Of a stretch of DNA of 64,000 nucleotides, positions 1 through 11,941 are shown piece after piece (position 1 is the first letter of the stretch; every line of letters begins with the position of its first letter). Location: assembly GCA_000182565.2 (NCBI GenBank), contig KQ257450.1; one strand, given 5' to 3'. This stretch comes from Spizellomyces punctatus DAOM BR117 (Eukaryota). A program made the translations under genes and the position numbers. The notes below the pieces were generated by a model that had not been told where the DNA came from, made no database searches, and saw nothing but the letters and a program-made list of their open reading frames with translations.

Positions 1-2002
1 TCATATACCATCAATCTCTTCTTGTTCGGTTGATGGCCATACTGGATGTGATTAGGGTACGACCTTACGACAAACCCAATTGAACAACAGCGAAATGGAA
101 AATGGTCCTTACTTCACGTATTTGAGAAGAAGAACATATCAAATGCTATGGAACAATGTCAGCAGATCGACTACAAATCAAACTCTATTCTGAATTGAAA
201 TGGTCCGGGGGGTTTTTTTCCTCATCTAAATGGACAATAGAAAGGAGTGGAAGGCAACTGCTGACATCACTGGCAATGGTATCGTCGCCTGCATCGGAGA
301 TTGATCTCGTTTTCAATTTTGCTGTGACGTACCATGGGCAGCAAGAAGGAAACCTTACAAAAGGTAATAGCGACGAGTATCCTGAGAATTGTTGCACGTT
401 ATTGGGGCAAGGTTTGGTCTTCAGATGGAGGAAAATGATTCTGAACCGCAAAGCGCAAGTACGAAATCGATCATCTTGTGCCAGCAGTTATTCGCGATAT
501 CAGATCCCTCTTCATCATCTATTGCACACATTTGAAATTCGTGTCGTTGCGAGAAAGCATCCGGCGGCCAACGTGGGATTACGACACACGCAATAGCATT
601 TTCGATAGCTCCCGAACAGACGACTTTGGCAAAAACGTCCCTCAGGTGGCGTGGCGTGGCATCGATGTGGCGCGGTTCACTTAACACTGTGCCACATGCG
701 CGTTTCTCCGGTCGCCGCGAGATCAGGTTGCACCTCTGGGCATCTAATGGTTAAGAAAGAGCAGTAAGTGTCATATAGCGCGCTGGTAAAGTGTGCCCCT
801 CCGCGGCAAATGAATCGCCGTCTTTTAGCTGTTGGTCGCATGTTTCCATCCTAAAGATAAAATATTAAATAGCAGTGGATGTATCGCCGGTCACCATTGT
901 AGTGTGCTCGATCTTAGATTGCAACTGCATACGACTGGTTGTTTATCTTGGCATTGCGTCAACGCCCCAACTCTACATGGAAATAACTCATACGTGCTGA
1001 ACTTCCGGTTGTTCATATTCCAATCAACGGCCACAACTAAAAAGGGGCCAGCTTTCCCCCTCTTAGCTACTCGGTACCTACGAAATGTACTTGTTCTCCG
1101 CAGCACACTTCTCGCCCTATCAATGACAAGATATCTCTACTTTGCTGTTTGTCCCGTCCCTGATGCTTTCTCCCAACCTTCGCATTGATCTTTCTACGAA
1201 GCGTCGTCATGGGTCTTAGCATTTCAGTCGAATGTCGGACGGTAAAGGACATAATAAGTGGTTAAGCAACGACTCAAGTCGTTTTCAGAATGTGGATATG
1301 GCAGAGGTTTTTAGAACGACCCGTGGCTGCAATCGACACTACCTCCTGTAGACTGCTGTTCTCACCACAGCGATGGCACTGAGGCACGTGCTCTGGATTC
1401 CCTTACTGACACTGTTTACGAATTTGAAGCATATTCAGGTATCGAACTTTTCCACACAAATATGCGCTATAGCCAAAATAGTAGGAATGCCAAAATCCAC
1501 CACCTGTTGAGAGATCAGATGAGATTTCTTATTCGCGACATTCTCCTTTAGCACACCGCCATCTTCTTTATTACGAAACATCATCCAGGTGAGGCAGTAT
1601 CGTGCAAATGTACTCGGCGGCCACCATTCACCTGCTAGTCGAGTTCGCATATCAATTTAAAATCAGCGAATGGGAGAATATTTGCAAAAACTTGCTCCAG
1701 CTGAAGAAAAATGTGAACCGGTACACATTTGAAAGAAGGCAGTAGCAATTCCATTAAATACTATGGTATAATGGAAGGAGTGGTGTTATTGTTCCCGCCA
1801 ATGTCGATCTGCTACCAGATCAGATCCCACTTACCTTCTATCTGGAGACCGCTTGCTGGCTTCTCTTTGGGATAGTGTAGGACACAATGACAGGTATGAC
1901 AGCAATGTAGCGGTTCTAAAGGACTAGGTGACCTAGCTAAAGACATGTAGTGGACTGTCGTCGCTCGTTGTAGTTGATCGATTACGTAATGATCGTAGGC
2001 TC

Positions 2003-2020
2003 TGAAATTTTTTTGACGAG
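2003..2020 (+). promoter_or_regulatory. RRPE-like element (TGAAATTTTTTT) followed by PAC-like GACGAG
   Basis: Motif lies about 100 bp upstream of the NOB1 ATG and resembles the fungal ribosome-biogenesis RRPE consensus TGAAAWTTTT. Confidence 0.35.
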
Positions 2021-2105
2021 AAAAGCAGGTCCATTAGGCTTGTCTGATCTCTTTTGCAAAAGCACATTAACGCTCTGGACGATGCCTCCAATACCAGAAG
2101 AGACA

Positions 2106-3873
2106 ATGTCATCACAAAGCTTGCACTTCACAGCTTCGGCTCCTGCTGCCACCGCCAAGTCCGTCTCAAAAGGTCGTGATACGGTGCTAACACTAGTCGT
2201 CGATGCAGCCCCGCTTATTAAAGGCACCCCATTGGGCCACTTGGCTGAGGGCTTCATCACAATTCCCGAAGTCTTAAAAGAAATACGGGATCGCCAAGCT
2301 CGGCAGGCACTTGCACAGTTGCATTTTGATTTGGAAACACGGGTCCCGTCAGAAGAAGCTATGGCGGCTGTGATTTCATTTTCCAAAAAAACTGGAGACT
2401 TTGCGTCTCTCTCGGCGACTGACCTTAAGGTGTTGGCGCTGACTTGGATGATTGAAAAGGAAGTTAGAGGAGTGGAGCATTTGAGGACTGAACCCGTGAA
2501 CCCGCATGCGCGGAAGGGTGGAAAGTCAAATTCTAAAACAAATCAGCAACCAGCAGCACAAAAGAGTGAGGAGGGCGCAGCGTCTATCAATAACGCTGAG
2601 GTAACAACACGCACTATAGAACAGAAGGATCCTGGTTTGAATGGCGAGCAAGATGAAAAGCGGGAACTGGAGCAGAAGCGAGAATTGGAGGAAAGCAGTG
2701 CGGAAAAGGCAGTGAACGAACACGAGGAACCCACGCATGATGCTGATGAGGAAGTAGAGGTGATAGAGTCGGATGAGGATGAGGAGGTGGAAGGGAATGA
2801 GGATGACCGAGAAGAGAGTGAAGAGGATGATGAAGATGAGGTAGTGGACGAAGAGGGCGATGCACCAACAGACGCGGAGATACAAGCAGCACAACAGAGA
2901 CTAGAAGCTTTGTCGTTAAGTCGTAAAGAGAACGAGTCAATCCCAACTCCTACTATGGATGAACATGAAGACGCGGATGATCAGGGAGAATGGATATCGA
3001 CATCCAGAAATGGGCGAAAGTCCAAATCCAAAGGACGGAATCTAGGAGACGAAGAGGGTTGGATCACACCCGCCAATGTGCAAAAACACAAAGCGCGGCA
3101 TTTGTTTGGAACCCCACAAAGCAAACAACAAAAGGCACCCGAGGTCATTCCGGTTGCTTGTATTACCTCGGATTTTGCTATGCAGGTAATGGCTTTTTTG
3201 TGCATGTCTTTGTTGCGACTCTTCGTCCTTCTCACACAATCATCTACCATGTTTTCATTAGAATGTACTATTACAAATGGGTCTACGACTTCTTTCTGTT
3301 GACGGAGTCACTATCACACGTGTGAAAAACTTTGTCCTTCGTTGTCATGCTTGTTACAAGTAAGCCCTCATTTGAGCAATTCCTCCCATCATCTCATGCT
3401 AATCACCGGATATGTACCATTAGAGTCACGAAAGATATGGAAAAGAAGTTTTGCCCGTCCTGCGGCAACAGTACTCTCATCCGCACGACTGTTGGCGTCG
3501 ATTCAGATGGGAAGGTTACATACTACTTGAAGAAGAACTTCCAGTATAATACCCGAGGGACAAAGGTAACATTCGAATGTATTTATATTTGAGTGTCCTC
3601 TTTATTTATATATACCTCCATATTCTCTAGTACAACATTCCACTCCCAAAAGGCGGTCGACAGAACGATGACTTACTTCTTCGTGAGGATCAACGAGAAT
3701 ATCAGCGTGCATTGAATTACCAACGACGGGCGAAAACCTCTGTGGATCCTTTTGATCTTGATTTCGTTCCATTGGATGGGAAAACTGGTTCTCATAGGGG
3801 GGGAATGCCCACTATTGGGCACGGAAGGAAGAATGTAAATGTGGCCAAGAAGAGTCGTCAGAAGCGAAGATGA
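2106..3873 (+). CDS. NOB1: 20S pre-rRNA D-site endonuclease NOB1 (spliced)
   Basis: PIN domain (LVVDAAPLIK...EVLKEIRD...KKTGDFASLSATDLKVLALT), acidic linker, GWITP, VACITSDFAMQ|NVLLQMG, Zn ribbon (RCHAC...FCPSCGN), RGTK|YNIPLPKGG. Ends KKSRQKRR* at 3871-3873. Confidence 0.95.
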
Positions 3874-4054
3874 GAATCTGTAGCATTGGTTGTTAATTAG
3901 CTGTTAGATATCTCGAGAAGTGTAGACAGCGTATATATAGAGATGTTGAGTGGTCTATTACTGCTTTATCATGTTGATTTTCTTTCTTTCAATCATCATA
4001 CTATGTGAATAGTCTCCTTATCCAAGCTTTCAATCTTACGTACGCAGATTTAAA

Positions 4055-5577
<1,523 letters not shown>

Positions 5578-5656
5578 CTTTGCAAAAAACAGATGGACGG
5601 CAGACGAGTTGCTCCTGGGTTCGTTTTTAAGCACCGAATCTCCAAACTGAGAGATC

Positions 5657-5665
5657 ATGACTCAT
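5657..5665. promoter_or_regulatory. Gcn4/CpcA-type bZIP site ATGACTCAT
   Basis: Perfect 9-bp consensus 80 bp upstream of the LYS1 ATG, in the short divergent LYS1/TBC intergenic region. Confidence 0.55.
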
Positions 5666-5821
5666 GAATAGTGCACTCGAATGTATCTTAATGCAATCCA
5701 TCCATGCACATGACATACGCGACGGTGCGTTGCTTTGCGCTTTCGTTGACGGTTGGGCAAGATTGCAAGGCAATTCACAACGACTTTGCTTCTTGGAGGA
5801 GAGTGAAGCCTCTTTTAAATC

Positions 5822-8800
5822 ATGCGGTCTGGTCAGGAATTATGGTATGCGGTTAATACTGGTCAATACTGGTGCCAACGCACAGCTTACACCCTACGCC
5901 CATAGCGTTGGCTGGAACAACGTATTCTCTGATCCGATGCTGTCGATGGACCGATTGAAGGAGAGAGGGATAGCAGGAGACATTGGGGATGATGACCTCA
6001 GAAGTCTTTACTGGAAGGTTAGCAAGAGATTATATGAAAATGCCCTCCCGGGAAGCATTAAAGAATAACGCACTCGACAAAACCTAGATTTTTCTCGAGT
6101 ACCTTCCTAGTTTGAGCAAAGATGCATGGCCTCTGATTTTATCCAAGGAGAGGCAGGGATATACTGATCTGAAGACCAAATTCATGTTTGATCCGAACAA
6201 AGCAGCGGAACAAGCGAATGACTGGTCTCTTAACAATCCACTAAGTTTAGCGGACGAGGTAGGGACGCGGGAAGACACTCTGAACGCAAGGCATCGGGCT
6301 TGTCTCTGTGGATTGATCGCACTAACAATCTGCTTAGAGTCCGTGGACTCAATATTTTAAGGACGTGGATTTACAGAAAGTGATACGACAGGACGTTGAA
6401 CGAACGTACGTACCGACTATACTGAGAGCTCAGCGCAAACGTAGGATCGTGATCTTACAGTTTTTTTTTCATTCATAGGTTTCCGGATCAGCCCATCTTT
6501 CGCACTCAGCAAATACAAGACATTATGACTGCCATTTTATTTATATGGTGCAAACTGAACCCAGATGTATCCTATCGACAAGGAATGCATGAGCTATTGG
6601 CTCCGATTCTCTTAGTCGTGGACCACGATAAACTAGATCCTCAAAATGATACCTCAGCGTACGAAAGATTTTGCATCGTTTAAGATGTTAAAGCTCATTC
6701 ACTCACGACATCGGTGATACCGAATGTTCCAGATTAGATCCTGTTCTTGTGACGACATTTGACGCCAAATATGTGGAGCACGACGCCGCGGTGCTCTTTT
6801 ATCGCCTTATGCGAGCTACAAAGCCATGGTTCGAAGTTGGCCCCGATTTAGGTCCTTCTCGGCCTTCGCGCGTGATTCAAAAGTCGAATTATGCAGAGCA
6901 CCGACGAGGACAAGAGGTGCATAGTGCAAGCTTATTACCCAAACATTCTAGATATTGAATATGAAACTTAGGATGCTGGTAAACAAGTTCCGATTGTCGC
7001 GTTTTGTCGGCGAGTCCAACACGATCTCCTTCGAGTTCTGGACTTTGACCTGTATCAGCATCTGGAGAAGCAAGGAATCGAGCCACAACTGTATGGAATG
7101 TACGTATCTCATCGTGACGCCCTTGCATATATCCTTGAATCCTTTCTCAGACGCTCTTTTTAGACGTTGGCTACGCTTGCTGTTTGGCAGGGAGTTCCCT
7201 ATCCCCGAACTCTTCGTGCTCTGGGATGGTATCTTTGCAGATGATCCTAACCTAGGATTGGTCGAATGGCTGTGCATCGCACTACTCTTGTACTTGAGGA
7301 AAGACTGTGAGTTTTCATGTCCCTGCTTTAGTATGCGTTTCTGTGCTGATACCTCACATGCCCCAGTGGTGGGTCAAGAATATGCAATTACCATGCATCG
7401 CTTGATGAAGTTCCCATCACCAGACAAATTGACCACTACGGTTTCGGAATTCATTCGAAGCGCTCGCGGCCTGCGCGATCGGTACAATCACCATGCTCTG
7501 TTCCTTAGTTCCAACTCTAGCCGTCCAAATTCCACCCCTTCTTCTCCTACCCGCGCTCAATACGCCGAGCCAAATATACGACCCCCATCCAAAAAGCGTA
7601 CCACAGTCCCATGGTCAAATCACACAGCCAATCCAATACCTGAGAAACCTGTCCGAAGCCCCTCTGCGTCACAGTTTTCGGGATCCGTTACAACTTCCTA
7701 TCCTCCAATGCGCAAAGGAAGCTACACGGAGACAGTGCCTGCATCGCCGACTCAAGTTCCGTCCTCGCCTGGTGCGGACGGCAAGCAGCAGCAGCTACAA
7801 TTGCAGCTTGCCCATCTCACACGGCAGGTACAGCAATTCCGAGAGCGGGACCGGGAGTTTGCCCGAAAGATTTCACGGTGGATCGACACAGTGTCTGACG
7901 TGCTGGATGATGAGACTGATGCTCGATTGGGGACAAGGGCTGAGCAGCTACGAGGGATTGTCGACGAAATGCAAGTGATTGCGAATGAGCTGCACCCTGG
8001 AAGACCAGAGTCCGCTCGACGTGCACCAAAAGAGGACAAGGACACCGCTCAACGAGAAGCAGGTGACGATGAAAAACATATGCCATCACCTATTCAGGAA
8101 TCCACACCAAGTGTTGAGCAAGCAAAAGCCGAAGGACCTGCAGCTGTTCATGTAGAGCAGGCCACTGTGCCCACGACCGGAACACCAGACTTGAGTGGTC
8201 CAGCGCAGTCTGCAGTCGAGGACTCAGTTGATAATGAGACTACAGGTGTCAATCCATCACGTGCACCTCCTTCAAATTTGCAGAATATTCGTTGGGGAAG
8301 CTCGACTGATATACGCAATGCCCCAGCCAAGCCCTTGACTTCGCATGCTGCACCTCCCGAACCGCTGAACAAGCAGCAATCTCAAAGCAGCATCCAAGGC
8401 TACACGAGCGCGCCATCCCCTATACCCTCTCCCTCACGAGTAGCAGCCAGTACAGATCCGTGGGCTTCTGAAACCACCGATATGATCGTCGGGACAGTAA
8501 AGGCTGGCGTCACAGGGATCAATAAGGTTCTTATGGGCCTTTTTGAAGACCCATGGGCTGATCACGGTGTTCTCGCTGGCAGAGGTGGAGGAGCGGGGCG
8601 TCGTCGGGGTAGTTCTAGAGATATAAGGGAAGGTCGAGAGCTCGGACCTGTAAACTACCCTAGCAATGTTGAGGATAAAGTTGACAACGAGGAAGAAGGT
8701 GGTAATGTTGTAAAGGAAGCCTCCTCAGTGGGGACAGCATCTGGTGGGCGACCAACTACAGCTCCAAAGGCTGCTTCGACGCTGGATGCTACGAGAGTTC

Positions 8801-8916
8801 AATCTCCGGCCCGAGATCCACTGGGAGCAGGCTTTGCTCGTGGCACTGCTGGCAGTACGACAGTTACACGGCGCCGAACAGAGTCTGCAGAGGTGGACCC
8901 TCTAGGTCTTCCATAA
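5822..8916 (+). CDS. TBC1D5: TBC-domain Rab GTPase-activating protein, TBC1D5-like (spliced)
   Basis: LRSLYWK|IFLEYLP, NNPLSLADESPWTQYF, IRQDVERT|FP (Arg finger), YRQGMHELLAP (Gln finger), RWLRLLFGREF, coiled coil, and a disordered tail ending DPLGLP*. Confidence 0.85.
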
Positions 8917-9246
8917 TATAACAGCATAGTCACCGCTGATGGCCGCACGCTTTTGAGCCAAATCTGCTATTGATGCTATTTCCAATGTTATTGATCAAAA
9001 GTGCAACTTATAAACACCAAAGCCCCTTAGAGTGATTGTTTAATGCAAAGTTTCTGCTTTTGAGTAGTAGACTCTTGGAAATAGATTATTATCCTGCAGT
9101 GTAATCTTGATACTGGTGTATAACGCTCTGATTGATGGCTCACAAAAGATTAAGGTTGCTGTGTTTCAAATATACAATGAGGGGCACTCCACAACACGTA
9201 TACACACACCCTGCCTATTCCCATCCTTTTCTACTTGTAAAAATGT

Positions 9247-11441
9247 TCAATGTGGACTATGCAAGTCACCAGTCTTTGGATCTGGATCTAGCAACTGCGC
9301 TAGATCTTCCTGTAGCACCTGCAGGTCATCAAATCTGAGATTCTCTAATGACGTTATTACGCCTGTGCTCCCGCTGTCAAAATACTCCGTTTCATACTGC
9401 TCTAGATATTTGGCTGTTGACCCACCGTAAGGTTCCGTATCTGGAGGTTCCCCCGAGATACTTGCAAAATCCGCGTTCAGGTCTGGATACGTATAATGCG
9501 TTTCGAATTGTGTGTCTTCTTCCTGTAAGACGTCCCCATGATTTTCCAGTTGGTCAAATAACGATGGTCTTCTGGTTGTCCCGTCCTCGGGCCAGGCTAC
9601 CATGTCTGGGTGAATAGAGGGCACAGTCGAAAATAAGGATGGAGGTCTTGATGAGTCACACGGGCGAACAGTAGCGTGACAATCCGTCATTCTTGCGAAT
9701 GCTCGCTCTAGGTTGAAGGAGCTTATTGTGGAGATGTCCACGGCTGACAGTTGTGAATCTACACCAGTGGCATCACTAAAGAGAGGTGTGGAGGGGATCG
9801 ACTGGCTTGATATCGGACGCACGGTAGCCTCATTATCCAAAATAGAACCTAGTCCTTCTGCAGGATCGAACGGTGTGGGAGGGGGAGGGGACGGTGTTTC
9901 GTCGAAAGGCGAGGATCCCGGCGCAAAAGATGATAATGACATAGGTGGTGCACTACTTGGCCGTACTGTCATTTCATTGTCCGCAACATTCGCCAACGCT
10001 CTTACAGTCATCTCATTGTCAGTAACGTGTGCCAACGCCTGCATGGCTCGCATCGCCAGGTCGTTTTCGACTGTATCTGGTAAATAGTTTTGGTCCGGAT
10101 GGGGTGGAAAGAGGAGGGTCTGGTCGTCAAATGCCACAGGACCAGATACAGATATCCGTGGAACATCCGCATCAGGCCATACAAACGGTGATTGTTCCCC
10201 GCTCGCACTCCCCGCAAGGCCGTCCACATCACCGAGTCCTCCAGAGAAAGTTGCCTCTCCAAAAGGACTTGAAAGCTGAGGGCTGAGAAGGCTTTCATAG
10301 TCACCATTTCCGTCAGGCATTGACGATGGAAGAGATATATCGGCCAAATATCGACTGAGTAGATGGACATCGACAGGATTGTACTCTTCGGGGACGCCGA
10401 CGAAATGAGAGCCCCGCTCGTCCCATTGCCCTTCGGACCAATCTGAATGATCGTCTCCTACAGAGGAGCCCGAGTAGACAGATCCATAAGACTATCATCG
10501 CATGCAGATATGTAAGTCAAAGGCCCACAAGGAAAATCTTCTCAAAATAAACTACACAAACCGCGGAATGAAACAGTCCAAGATCGTCCGATTCAATGTG
10601 CGGACTGCTTGCAGTATGCACGTCAGGTACAGGTTGGAGAGCCGGTGACGCCGATAGGTCGACTGACTGTGGCAGGTTGATACTTGAATGGGACGACCGA
10701 ATAGAACGCCGTCTGCTGATGGAACCTTTTCTGCTGACAGAACTCTTCCTAGAGGCACTACGGCTCAAGCTGGAAGTGTCTGACGACGCTCTGTCTCCTA
10801 CTGGACCATGCCCGGTCTTCATGTAATGTTTCCGTAGATCATGCTACAGGCGCACCTGTTGTCAGAGTTGCACCTTTGGCAAAGACGATCAGGGAAACGT
10901 GAATACATACTGGCCACTTGAATGATTTTGTGCATGTCTAGGCAGCAGAGAACGCAACCTTGTCAAAAAAAATTGCGCATTGCAAGACTACTTGTGCAAA
11001 ACACAGTGGTACCTCACAAGGATTTGCCTTGAGCGGCACATGAGAGCGCAAACTAAACGAATAAAGAGTTGATACAGAAGCTTGGTAGTAGGCTAACCAA
11101 GGTTATGCGCAACAGAAAAATACATACTGTGAAGTAATGTGATCCCTCTTTGAGAATGCCGTGGAACCCTGTGGACAGCCGTGGACCCTGCAATACAAGC
11201 ATAAGTTCCCAGTGGTCTTGCGCCCAACATGTTCTTCTGTAAGGTGAGTGTAGAGAGCTTCAGGATCCGTAAAGGGCCGACCGCATAACGTTGAGTCGAG
11301 TAACGTCCAAGCACAGCGGTGAACCGTTACTCGCGGGTAAGGACTGGAGCGCACACTAGAGTGTTCAGACCCAACGTCCGAGACGAAAGAAGGTTCGATG
11401 GTAAGTAGAGAGTGGTCGACGTTATCAGCAGGGGTCTCCAT
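9247..11441 (-). CDS. Three-finger C2H2 transcription factor, PacC/Rim101-like (spliced)
   Basis: Spliced fingers read CAW...LYTHLTEEHVGRKTTGNLCLYC...[42 protein letters not shown], matching PacC signatures HVGRKST.NL.L.C and [15 protein letters not shown]. Long acidic Ser/Pro tail with YPDL. Confidence 0.8.
9962..10039 (-). repeat. Imperfect 39-bp tandem duplication in coding sequence (ALAHVTDNEMTVR / ALANVADNEMTVR)
   Basis: Two adjacent 13-codon units visible at DNA and protein level. Confidence 0.75.
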
Positions 11442-11941
11442 TGTCTCGGAGACGGGCTGCCACCCGTGAAAACAACGACGCCGAATGCAAGTGTCAAAGA
11501 AACAAAACGACAACGAAAGGGCCAAAAAGCGGCAGTTGAAATGCCTTGTTTCGTTCCAAAACTGTGCCACAATATGTCATGTGACCAAATATCGGTGAGG
11601 CCCACGAATAACAATTATAGATATTTAATAACGAGGCTTTGTTTTGGGATATCTACTTGGATGCTACTAGCAGGCTACGAGCAGATATCAATGTCGACTT
11701 TGGGATAGCTATCGTCGTATTTCTGATAGTGCAGCATTGTAAAAAGAGCTAGAGAACTCGGAACGAAAGCTGCAAGTAGAGGATATAATTTCGGTAAATC
11801 TGAGTTGGGCTTTTTGGTGACGAAATCACGAACGATCCCATTTGGAATGCCAAATTCACCAACTCCAAACACTTGCAAATAAGACCAACGACTCGATAGA
11901 TTTTGGTACATGAACCGCTTTCTCCTTCTCCAAGATTCAAC

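Noticed and set aside
1-1900. Short overlapping ORFs and splice-like signals at the window start
   Set aside because: No consistent spliced frame or recognisable domain could be assembled. Left unannotated, although a gene running off the edge is not excluded.
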